A stretch of 36,436 nt of DNA from Caecitellus pseudoparvulus (lineage: Eukaryota > Protista > Bigyra: Bicosoecida). The DNA is taken from contig CBFFRQ010000162.1 of the NCBI GenBank assembly GCA_965644315.1, positions 1 through 36,436 on the forward strand. The letters are read 5' to 3'. The notes beneath the pieces were generated by a model. That model worked only from the letters and a program-made list of their open reading frames with translations. It made no database searches and had not been told where the DNA came from. A program made the translations under genes and the position numbers. Positions within the stretch are counted from its first letter, which is position 1; each line of letters begins with the position of its first letter. Shown piece after piece: positions 24,901 to 35,072 of this stretch.

Positions 24901-26194
24901 GCCCTCCCTTGAAGAAGAGAGCAGGGGCGTGCTGGTGCGCACCCTGGCACAGTGTGGGTGCCAGACGGATGTGCTGCGCACGGCACTGCTGGATGCGCTG
25001 AACCCCCCCCTGGCCACAGCGGAGGCTGCCTGCCTGCAGGCGCCGTGGGTGTCTGGGCTTGGCACTGACTCCATGCCCAGCAAGGTGGCGGCGGCAGCGC
25101 GGCGGGAACTGGTCCTCTTCCTCCAACGCCTGGCTGGGGACGAGGACAGGCCAGGCGCTGATGGGGCTGGCCGAGTGCAGGCGCTGCAGATGCGCGCGGC
25201 AGAGCTCGCAGCAGCGGCGGCAGCTGCCACCACCTCCGCCTCGGCTGCCACACAGCGCTGTGCGGAGCTGGAGCGCGACCTGGAGTTTTGCCGCAGCGAG
25301 GTCGTGCGTCTATCGGGGGACGCGGTGGGCAAGGTGGACGAAGTGAATGACCTGCATGAGCAGTTGCGCCAGTGCGAGGACGAGCTGGCAGTCAAGCAAG
25401 CTGACGCCGCCTTGCTGCGTGTGCAGCTGCAGCTGGCGGAAGGGCGCTCTGCCGCTGAAGCCGCAGCTGCGACGGCCTCGGAGCTGGCTCAGGAGGTCGG
25501 GACGGCTGCCCTGCGGCGGCACTCGCCCCCACCGCGCCGTGCACCCCCAGGCGCGCTGGCCTCCACGACCAAGTCCGTGTCGTGGAAGGAGGTGGAGGTG
25601 GCGGACACCCCGCCGGCACACTGCAGCCCCCCCCAAGCGACCCCCACCACCACCACCACCTCCCCAGTGACGCAAGACGCAGGACACACGCCGGGGCGTG
25701 CTCGACCGCCCGCCCCCCTCACCCTGCAGGACCTTGCTCAGGCTGGCGAGGACATGCGCAGTCCGCAGTCCTCCCCCCAACGGTCCACCGCCTCTGGCCC
25801 ACGGCGACCACAGCACGGCATGCTGCAGCAGCCAGCCACACCCCCTTTCCCAGCAGGGCCTGAGGACACGCCTGGCCACAGCAACCCCCCCACTTCCCCA
25901 GCGGCATCAGCCATGCTGCGAGCTCGCCATGCCCGGGCTCAGCCGCCCTCCACGGCAGGCGGGCAGCTGCTCTGGAGCATGCTGGACGACGCGCCCACGC
26001 CGGAGCACGCGGCGGACTCCACACCGTCTCCCAGCACAGCTCCCACGCCAACGCCCCACCACGGCTCCTCCCTGCTGGAGTCAGTGCTGAAGGACCTGCC
26101 TCTGGATGAGGGCATGGCTGCCACCATCCGGAGCCGGGCGCAGCAGCTGTCCAGAAGCCCCCCCAGCAGCGCCTCTTCTCACACAGACGACTAG
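21974..26194 (+). CDS. Long coiled-coil protein (>1,300 aa), multi-exon, Pro/Ser/Thr-rich C-terminus; true start uncertain (ATG 22060 or an upstream exon)
   Basis: 1269-aa ORF rich in A/E/Q/R/L heptads. Phase-0 introns 22117-22184 (CAG|GTGCGG...CTCTCAG) and 22263-22411 (CAG|GTGCGT...CTCACAG) join MAAAVQANMKLRQMCAMLQ | SDKQELTKELGAVSSELAQQHSALVQ | VERRCSKLE in frame. Confidence 0.75.
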
Positions 26195-26406
26195 CAATGC
26201 ACCTATCCACTTGTAGGTCCTGAAGTTGGACCTGGTGTAAGCTTGCTGTGAGGATGGGAACGGGGAGTGGGCCGGGGGGTGGGAGTGTGGGCAGTTCGGG
26301 GTGCCTTGCAACACTGCCACTCGTCGTCAAAACACAAAAACTGCGCCCATGGCATGGCTGGGTTCGCTACAGGCACCCAGCCTGCACATCGCCGTGCCAG
26401 CTCGCG

Positions 26407-28335
26407 ATGGCCGACGGCGTCGGCGGGCGGGGCGAGGCCCGCGTTTCAGCCGCCTGCACCAGGCTTCCCTACCCGAATTTCATCGTCGAGCACGAGAGGC
26501 AGAAGCGGGCGTACTCAAGGCACCAAGACACGCTTCGCCATGTGCAAGCATCAGTTGACATGAAACAACCATTTGTGCCTGAGTTTCTCTCCCGCAAACT
26601 GCCGAGTTCACAAGCAGTCGGTGCGTGGCGCACGGTTTCATTTTCCGCAACGAGCACGGTTTCCCAGTTCGACGTCGCCCCCCTCCTGTCAACGATGAGG
26701 CATCGTGTGCTCGTGCACTGCCACAGAGAGAGCCCGAACAGTTCGTCGCGACAATGCTCTTCTGGTACGCAAGCTGCGGCGTGTCGCTGGGTCCAAGCAT
26801 CCCCGCGACGAGCCGCGCGTGAAAAACCTCTCTGGCACGCGACGGAAGCTGGAGCGGAGCGCCATGGCCCGTGAAAATAATGTAAGTTGCGAGCTTTTCG
26901 TGTAGCTTACATGCTGGTCATCGTTCCACGCCATGCTTTGCAGGCTGTGTTCCGTCGCATTGCGGCCGTGAAGCCCGCTCAGCCACGAGCAGAGCTGGAC
27001 CGGCACGCTGCAGACTCCGCGGACAGGGCCAGGAGGATATCCAAGGCCCTGGCTCGGGGCAGGGCACGGCAGTCGGTGTACGTGCCGCTTCGTGAGCGCT
27101 TACCTGCAGTGTCCCCGCTCTCCACAACGCTGCACCTGCCGACTGTGTCCACACCAACTGGGTCAGTGACTTCGCCCCAGCAAGAGGCGAAGTGTGAGCC
27201 ACACTGGCAGAGCGCCTTTGCACATGAAGCTTTTGCAATGATGCAGAGGGTTCAAGGAGCGGGCCAGGGGTCTTCCCCGGAGGGGGGGCACGTGCGGCAC
27301 CTGCGGTCCAGTGCAGAGGCTCGAGTTGCCAGCCCCCTGCCCTCCATTCACAGCCCGCTGGGGACGCCACCAGCGGCTGGGCTCTCGACGGGAGCATCCG
27401 CAGCGGGCCAACAGACACAGAGTGGGCTGCTTCCTGTCATTTCTCCTGGGGCGGGTGCCGTGAGTTCCGGGCCCCTGGGGCAGGGCCAGCACGTGTCGTC
27501 TGGCCCCAGTACCAGCAGCTCTCGCAGCGTGGATGCTGGCATCATCGAAGACATGGACGCATCGCCCCTGGACTTTGACAGCTGCGTGAGCTGCGACTCA
27601 CAGGAGGGTGGGCTCGCCCGGCGAGGCCTGCAGCAGTTCGCGCCTGCCTCCGGCGCTGCACAGGAAGGCTTGGGCGGCCGGCGACCAAGGTCTGCACGGC
27701 GCTCGGCAGGGCGCCAGGGCGAGGCGGGAGGGGAGCAAGGTGACGCGCATGACCATGGCTCTGCATCCCCAGAGACTCCTTCAAAGCGGCTGGATGTGGG
27801 GTGCGCCCAGTCTGCTGGCGTGCGGGACACAGTTGATAGCAGTGCGCAGCGGGATGACAGCGCCAGCGGGGCGCCTCGCCAGGACAAGACCGCGCCCCGG
27901 AAGTTCAAGACCATCCCGCGACCTGGGCCAGATTTCACGCCCAGTGCAGGGGAGAAGCTTTGTGGGCACCACTGCCAGTTGGGCTTCACGCTGAAGTGCT
28001 GTGTCTGCAGCGACCAGCGCGGGTGGGAAGAGAAGTACTTGCTGTATGTGGACGGGGTGGGGGATGTCGCAGGGCACGAGCGCGGAGACCACTACTGCCC
28101 CCCCTGTGGCGCCATGTGGGTGGAGCGGGAGCTGGTGGTGTGGGAAGATGAGGCAGATGCAGTGGCTGAGTCGCTGCGCAACGCCCGTGCCACGAAGGCG
28201 ACTCCGCTGCCAGCAGCTTCGGCAGCAGAGCCAAAGCCGACTGCCAGCAGTGTGGCATCTGAGCCAGAGGTGGAGATGGGTGCAGCCCTTGCCTCACTCT
28301 TTGGCGACGATTCAGATGCATTTGAGAGTGATTGA
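26407..28335 (+). CDS. CFAP97 domain-containing (KIAA1430/hemingway family) ciliary protein with a C-terminal Cys/His-rich domain; exons 26407-26620, 26727-26881, 26944-28335
   Basis: The spliced product reads ...AYSRHQDTLRHVQASVDMKQP...AV|ERARTVRRDNALLVRKLRRV...KNLSGTRRKLERSAMARENN|AVFRRIAAVKP...RARRISK. This matches the CFAP97-domain pattern (H...VD..P; ER...I.REN..LL.KL; SLN...R..E...I.REN....RI...KP). Both introns are GT-AG (GTGCGT...CACAG; GTAAGT...TTGCAG) and preserve frame. Confidence 0.75.
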
Positions 28336-28344
28336 GCGGGGTAC

Positions 28345-30409
28345 TTAGGCGGTGCTGGCTGACGTGGCGCCGTACGGTGCAGGAGGCTGTGCTGCCTGCT
28401 TCTCGGCACTGGCCGTCAAATTGCGATAGTCGCCACCCTTCCCTTTCCCACAGCAGGTACCACAGGCCAGCCCCCACTGTGCAACGCGGCAGAGGCTTGC
28501 GTGTTTGAGGCCGGATGGAGCAGTGGTGCCCACAGCCACTCCCAGCACATACGCTGTTAGACACGACACGGCAAGCAGTGCGAGCACGCCGACGCCGATG
28601 CCTGCGTCAATGCGCACGTCGTCTTCGATGCACTTCCTGTCCGCAGTGGCTGGCGCTTTCGGCAGGGGCAGCACGGGCTGCACGGCAGGCGGCCCATCCC
28701 TGGGCAGAGCAGCGTCGATGCTAGCCAGTGCATACGCCCACGTGGCCATGACAGCTGAGCTCAGTCGAAGTTGAGTGTCGTTGATGTGCGAAATGGAGTC
28801 GGCTGCAGTGTGGTGCAGCCAGAAGTACCCGTTGGAAATGCCGCCTGGTGGCATGCCCCCTGGCCACGTCGACCGCAGCGGCACCTGCCCGCCTGTGATC
28901 GGCAGGCAAGGGTTGTTTGCGTATGGCCCAATGCGTGGGTCCAACACCTTGAACCCAGCGCAGGGCACTCCCGTCTCACACAGCGGCGAGATGTCCTCGC
29001 CGCCCCCTCCCACCGTCACATTTCCCGCGCTCAGGTGGGTCAGCAGGCTGGCGCCCACCTCCTGCAAGATGTCAAAGGCCGCCTGGGATCCACTGAATCC
29101 CAATTTGAACGGGGTGAACGTGCCCTCGTCCGATTCTAGCGCGAAGCTGATGTTGGGCAGCAGGTCATCGTGGGCACGCCGGAAGGCAGCAGCACCAGTC
29201 TGTTGGAACTCTTCGTCCACCCACATGACGGCCATGATGGTGCGCCGCGGACGAAGGCCCAAGTCGTGCATGAGCTTCAACGCTGCCCAGCCAATGAAGG
29301 CCCCACCGCCATCGTCCATGGCGCCCTCGGCAATGTCCCAGCTGTCCAAGTGCCCGCCAATCACAATGTACTCGTGTGCCAGGTCGGTTCCTGGCAGCGT
29401 CAGCACCACGTTGTGGCTCTCCACACGCCCGCGGTACTCCCCCTCCAAGTACAGCGCGACTCGGATGCGCATGCCTCGCTCCGCCATGCGGGCCATCTGC
29501 TCGGCGTCCTCCACAGTCACTGCCGCGTTGGGGATGACAGAGATGTTGCCCCCCGCAGCGCCAGCCCCAGTGTGCGGAGTTTGCAGGGAAAACGGCGTCA
29601 CAGACCGCACGAGCGCTGCCACCGCGCCCAGCTTGGCAGCGGCGACGGCCCCGCCAGACCGGATCGGCACCGTTTCACCGTACGTCGTAAAGGGCACGTT
29701 GAAGAGCACGATCTTGCCAGGCACCTGGGCAGCCTGTTGCTGCATCTCAGCAATACTGCTCACGACCAGGACATCTGCTTCCAGGACACCAGGGCGCCCA
29801 GTGCTCGCGTTCAGCGGCGTGTGCACCGTGCCGCCCAGTCCGACCAAATGCAGTGGCTTACTACGGGGCAGCAGCATGCGCCCCCACTCTTCGCCCCTGA
29901 CCCACTGCGGCACCATGACCGGTTCCAACGTAGCGTTGAGACCATCGCTGGTGGCTTGACTGTGCACGTACTCCCCTGCCGCGTTCAGCGCCTGTGACCC
30001 GGCAAAGCGTGGTCCAAACGTATCCTGCGAACAAGCGTCCAGGCAGGTGTGCAGCCTTGTGCGCCTGGAGCGGGAGAGCGTGCGCTGGCACTCCATTCTC
30101 ATTGGTTCAAACAAGGCACGTCAATGCTGTCTGGCTGTCCAGGGCTGTGCCGCAGGGGGGCTCAGGCAGTCCAGGCAAGCTGCGCACGCAACTCACACAA
30201 GTGTAGGCCAGTCGCTCGTACACTGGATTCGCGTCCTTGGACAGTGCCGCCTCCTGCAAGCGATGGACGTCGTCCTTGAGTTGGGATGACACATGTCCCG
30301 CGCGTACAGGCCCCTTGAGAGCTGCCAGCACGACTGCAACAAACGTCAAGGCTGGCAGCTTCGCCCGTCGAGCTTGGCGTGGTGGCCCCGGCACGCATGC
30401 CAGCGTCAT
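28345..30409 (-). CDS. CPQ: Carboxypeptidase Q-like (peptidase M28, PA domain) with a signal peptide/anchor and C-terminal transmembrane helix; exons 30409-30197 and 30024-28345
   Basis: Intron 30196..30025 (TGT|GTGAGT...TCGCAG|GAT) gives YERLAYTC|DTFGPRFAGS. Motifs: WVRGEE, GKIVLFN, RSVTPFSLQTPHTG, GGHLDSWD, GAMDDGGG, WVDEE, ALESDEG, HHTAAD. Hydrophobic N-terminus LTFVAVVLAAL. Confidence 0.9.
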
Positions 30410-31058
30410 GGCAAGGTGGAGATATCCCGCGCGAATGGAAGAGAGGAGGAACGCGTTGATCTCGACTGTGTGCTTTCGCAGAGTGCTGTTTGAATTTTTG
30501 CGCGCCGCGAGGAGATGTGAGCCGGCGAGTGCGGAATTCGCTCCATGAGACAAAGGGAAAGCCTTGGAAGAAGCACGCTGAACTTCCCTCGCTGCGGAAG
30601 GAGAACTTCTAAGCATTGGATTCCTGTGCATGGGCATGTGTGAGTACAATTATCTGCCCTGCAGCAAAGGAATCGCTTGGGGTCGCTGGTTTGTTACGAG
30701 CCCTTCGAATCCCTTCGACGAAGATCGATGACTGGCCTGCCAACTGTAATTTTGAGGCAAGTGAACGATGCGCCACTTGTGCAGGAAGCCATGGGAGGCA
30801 AGGCGTGTGGTGAGTGGTTCGGGCTGTGAGCTGCAGCGCATTCAGCGAGGGCGACGTCACGAAGTCTCCCAAACGTCGGACAATGCAGGTTATGTTGTAT
30901 TTCAGAAAGAACTAAAGTAGTTCCAACGGCATTAGGATGATATAAGGTGCAACCCTCTGTATGTGGACGACTGTGAGCGTGCTAATCGTCTTTGCTGCCA
31001 AACCGTGCAAGGGTTCTTGCAGAGTGGTTGTGGGTGCGGAAATCGGACGAATCCGTGG

Positions 31059-31847
31059 ATGTCTGGACAGGGTGCTGTCACCATTGCGGATCAATGGAAA
31101 GCCGCATGCATGGCAAGGGATTCCGACACACTTGAAGAACTTCTAGAGTCCCACAGAGAGCAAGGTGGCGTGCAGGAAGGGGCGCTTTCGGATGGACACC
31201 TTGTCGCTGGCTTTCGAGTGGCTTGCAAGAGCGGCCATGCAGGCTTGGTGCGGAAGCTACTGGCCTTGCCAAGGGAAAGTCAGCCGTGGACTGGGAATGT
31301 GTTGGAGTACGGCCTGCTTTGGGGGTGTCGAAATGGGCATGTTGATGTCGTGCGCGAGCTGCTGGGCCTGTCGTGCGGCCGGCTGTCGTGGGTGCATGGT
31401 CGGGATGAGGCGCCCTTTCGCTGGGCATGTGCTGGTGGGCATGAGGGGGTCGTGCGGGAATTGCTTGCCCTCGAGGGTGACAGGGCAGTGAATGTGCATG
31501 TGGGAGACGCGTCTGGGCCAGAGCAGGGCTTGAAGCTGGCTTGCAAGAAGGGCCATGTGGGAGTTGTCCGCGCCTTGCTGGAGCTAAGCGGCAGCCGGAT
31601 GGTGGATGTACACGCACAGGATAGGGATGGGCCTGAAGGTGCCTTTCGTGGGGCATGCAAGGGCATGCATGCTGGGGTGCTGCGGGAGCTGCTGGGCTTG
31701 ACAGGCGCCCGTTCCATTCCGCTGCAGGCAAGGCTGGACGCTGGACCTGTGGCTGTCCGACCGGCGAAGGATGCAGTATGGAGTGGAACGAGTTTGCGGC
31801 GAGGGCGCAATGCTATTGTGTTGCTCCGACGAGAGATTATGACTTGA
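31059..31847 (+). CDS. Ankyrin-repeat protein (about 5-6 repeats), short paralogue of 32305..34668
   Basis: Repeats FRxACxxGHxxVVRELLxLxGxRxVxVH. First ATG at 31059 (the ORF track start 30963 is GTG). C-terminus DAVWSGTSLRRGRNAIVLLRR. Confidence 0.8.
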   Translation: MSGQGAVTIADQWKAACMARDSDTLEELLESHREQGGVQEGALSDGHLVAGFRVACKSGHAGLVRKLLALPRESQPWTGNVLEYGLLWGCRNGHVDVVRELLGLSCGRLSWVHGRDEAPFRWACAGGHEGVVRELLALEGDRAVNVHVGDASGPEQGLKLACKKGHVGVVRALLELSGSRMVDVHAQDRDGPEGAFRGACKGMHAGVLRELLGLTGARSIPLQARLDAGPVAVRPAKDAVWSGTSLRRGRNAIVLLRREIMT

Positions 31848-32304
31848 ATCGGCGTCGCAGGGTGCGTGGAGAAGTCACCCCAAGCCAAGCGTGTCAGCAT
31901 TGAGAGCCTGCCCAACTCAAGTGCTGCGGCGTCTATAAAAGGCCATGCACTTTAAGATACCGTATCTGGATTTCGGTGCTGCTGCCTTTCGGGTGCCGCA
32001 GGGGCACTGTGTATTGTGTGGGAGTTGGTTTTTTGTTGGGTGTTGGTTGGTTGCTGAGGGGGGCAATCAATGCGCCCCGACAAGTCAAACGAATGCGAAC
32101 ACCCCAAAGAACAATAAATCAATCTTTTCGGTAGAGATCCGGGTTTGTGTGCCCGGGTTGCCTTCCTGTGGGGCACCTCGCAAGTAGTGCAAGCTGCGGA
32201 AATTGCGTCACCACGCCAAACGTGACAAGCCTACGGCTGTGCAGGCAGGGCATAGACGGGCCGCGTGTGCGCTGTGAAATAGACGAACATCTATAAATTT
32301 ACTC

Positions 32305-34668
32305 ATGGCAGCGGCCAGTAGCACCCTCTCTTCGGGGGAGGCCCCGAGCAGTGAAGCGTCAGTCGTTTCGCAGTTGGCTGCGTGCGAAGCTGGCGACGCC
32401 AGCAAGCAGCGCCAGGTGTTGGCAAAGAAGGGTGCGGGAGCAGCAGCTTCGCACACCAAGCGATGCAAGGCTTTTAGACTGGCTTGCGCTAAAGGAGACT
32501 TGGACTCGGTGCGGGAGCTGCTGGCTTTGCAGGGTGAACACGCGGTGGACGTGCATGCTGGAGATGGTGTTGGACCTGAGGCTGGCTTTCGGCGAGCTTG
32601 TGCGAGTGGACACCCCGAAGTAGTGCGCGAGCTGCTTGCTTTGCGCGGTTCCCTCTCAGTGGATGTTCATGCAAGGGACAGGGATGCGCCTGAGGCCGCG
32701 TTCCGTGCTGCTTGTGAGAACGGTCACCTTCCTGTTGTGCTCCTGTTGCTGGAGCTCCAGGGAGAACGCCAGGTGGACGTGCACGCTCTGCATGAGTACG
32801 GCTTTCGCTGTGCGTGCCAAAACGGCCATGTAGGTGTTGTGCAGTGTCTCCTGGCATTGTCGGGGCCCCGCCAAGTCGATGTGCATGCCCAGCACGAGTA
32901 CGGGTTCAGGTGGGCGTGTGCCAACGGGCACGTTCGTGTCGTGCAAGAGCTGCTGGCGCTGACTGGTGATCAGGCAATTGATGTCCACGCCCGCCAAGAA
33001 TATGCATATCGCTGTGCTTGCCGCAACGGACACCCTGCTGTGGTTCGAGAGCTCCTCAGTCTTGGTGCTTCCCGGGAAGTGGACACACATGCGCCAGACC
33101 GTCAGGGACCGGAAGCTGCCTTTCGGGGGGCATGCCGCAATGGTCACCTGGGTGTCACGCGTGACCTTCTTGCGCTGAGCGGTGACCGACAAGTTGAGTG
33201 GAAGGCCGGGATTCAAGGGGGCTTCACAGCAGCTTGTGAGCGCGGGCACTTGAGCATCGTGCTGGAATTGCTTGCTTTGACAGGTGACAGGGCGGTGGAT
33301 GTGCACGCGGGCGATGGGGCTGGGCCAGAGGTAGGGTTCCGGCTGGCATGCGCAGGTGGACATGTCGATGTGGTGCGCGCCATGTTGGCCCTTGGAGGCG
33401 AGCGACTTGTCGATGTTCACGCGGCGAAGGAGTTTGCCTTTCGCCGGGCGTGCCGCAACGGCCACCTGTCTGTTTTGCATGAGCTCTTGTCACTGACTGG
33501 TGAAAGGGAGGTGGACGTTCACGCTTTGGATGAAGGAGGCTTTCTTTGGGCGTGTCTGCGCGGCAGAACTGACGTCGCGAGCGTTTTGCTGGCTTTGGAA
33601 GGCCCGCGAAGAGTTGACGTGCATGCTACTGATTGGGCTGGGGCAGAAGCCCCGTTCCGGCTTGCATGTGAGTATGGCCACGTAGGGATCGTGCGAATGC
33701 TGCTGGATCTGAGCAATGGTCAGAGTGTGAATGTGCATAAAGGAGACCGCCATGGGCCAGAGGCTGCCCTGCGACTAGCCTGCCGAAATGGACATGTGCA
33801 GGTCGTTCGAACCCTGCTGGAGCTGACTGGAGCACGAGAGGTGGACGTTCATGCTGCAGACAGGGAGGGACCTGAAGCCGCTTTCCGCCGCGCCTGTCGT
33901 GGTGGCCATGTTGCAGTCGTTCGGGAGTTGTTGGCCCTGGAAGGAGACCGTGCCGTGGATGTGCACGCAATGGGCGAGTGGGCCTTCACTTGGGCTTGCC
34001 ACAACGGCCAACTCGCAGTCGTGCGCGAGCTCCTGAACTTGACAGGGCATCGCACAATAGACATCAGCATCGCTGATAGCCTCGGTCCGGAGGCCCCCTT
34101 TCGATGGGCGTGCCTGCAGGGTCACGCGAGCGTAGTCCGCGAGCTCCTCGCTGTCCAGGATGGCCGTGAGGTGGATGTCCACGCCGGCGATCGAGAAGGG
34201 CCAGAGTACTTTTTCAGGTGGACCTGTTTCAACGGACATCTAGCCGTGGTCCGTGAGCTGCTCGCGTTGAGTGGTCCTCGGAAGGTCAATGTGCACGCGG
34301 CAGATGAGCGTGGACCAGAGGCTGGCTTTCGTTTTGCAAGCGACTACGGCCATGTCGGCGTTGTACGTGAGCTGCTGGCCCTTACAGACGACCGGCAAGT
34401 GGACGTTCATGCCGATGATGGAAGTGGACCTGACGCTGGCTTTCGGTGGGCTTGGTCGAACCACCACCACCAAATTGTTCGTGAACTCCTTGCGCTGACA
34501 GGCGACAGAGCCCTTCCAGCGACTGCAGTGAATGAGCGTGGCGAATCTGCAAGGCAAGCGAGAGCTGACGCAGTTTGGAGCGGGGCAAGCACTCGGCATG
34601 CTCGAAAGTCGATGGTGCTCCTCAGAGCGGTGCGCCGCTCCCGTGGACAGAGCGGCCAGTACGAGTAG
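32305..34668 (+). CDS. Ankyrin-repeat protein, 787 aa, about 19 repeats of 34 or 38 aa
   Basis: Intronless ORF with consensus FRxACxxGHxxVVRELLALxGxRxVDVHA(xDxxGP)Exx. C-terminus ADAVWSGASTRHARKSMVLLRAVRR. Confidence 0.92.
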   Translation: MAAASSTLSSGEAPSSEASVVSQLAACEAGDASKQRQVLAKKGAGAAASHTKRCKAFRLACAKGDLDSVRELLALQGEHAVDVHAGDGVGPEAGFRRACASGHPEVVRELLALRGSLSVDVHARDRDAPEAAFRAACENGHLPVVLLLLELQGERQVDVHALHEYGFRCACQNGHVGVVQCLLALSGPRQVDVHAQHEYGFRWACANGHVRVVQELLALTGDQAIDVHARQEYAYRCACRNGHPAVVRELLSLGASREVDTHAPDRQGPEAAFRGACRNGHLGVTRDLLALSGDRQVEWKAGIQGGFTAACERGHLSIVLELLALTGDRAVDVHAGDGAGPEVGFRLACAGGHVDVVRAMLALGGERLVDVHAAKEFAFRRACRNGHLSVLHELLSLTGEREVDVHALDEGGFLWACLRGRTDVASVLLALEGPRRVDVHATDWAGAEAPFRLACEYGHVGIVRMLLDLSNGQSVNVHKGDRHGPEAALRLACRNGHVQVVRTLLELTGAREVDVHAADREGPEAAFRRACRGGHVAVVRELLALEGDRAVDVHAMGEWAFTWACHNGQLAVVRELLNLTGHRTIDISIADSLGPEAPFRWACLQGHASVVRELLAVQDGREVDVHAGDREGPEYFFRWTCFNGHLAVVRELLALSGPRKVNVHAADERGPEAGFRFASDYGHVGVVRELLALTDDRQVDVHADDGSGPDAGFRWAWSNHHHQIVRELLALTGDRALPATAVNERGESARQARADAVWSGASTRHARKSMVLLRAVRRSRGQSGQYE

Positions 34669-35072
34669 TGTGCTGATAGTACGAACTGGATCCATATCAG
34701 GACTTAGCATGAGAATGGGCATGTGCTTTTACCCCTTTTGCGGCATGATACAGGCGGATTTGCTCGTGAACAGCCTTGGTGCGACTTGTTGCCGGAGAGG
34801 TTCAGTTTGCCTCGACTACCCTTCGCACGTATGATTCGATTGAAACAGAACTGTGATCATGTCATATCACTTGCTATGAGATCTTCATTCGCTTTACTTG
34901 CTACCCTGTAATGGTGTTGAAGGAGTCGCTTGGAACTTCTTTGCTCCAGGAGTTGAGCGTGAAGAAGCCCACTGCACCGCCCTGCTCGGCGCAGCTGAGC
35001 CGGGGAAAGTCTCAAGCCCAGGAACCCAACCACTGGCCTTCGTTCTAACAAGGCAACCCTTGAGATAACACA

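Noticed and set aside
21823-25395. Minus-strand Ala/Ser-rich ORFs (396, 314, 390 aa)
   Set aside because: Antisense shadows of the coiled-coil gene.
31930-32300. TATA-like TATAAAA (about 31934) and TATAAAT (about 32292), and the 80-aa ORF 31945..32187
   Set aside because: The second motif is too close to the ATG to be a TATA box and the first cannot be tied to a start site. The ORF has no recognisable features.
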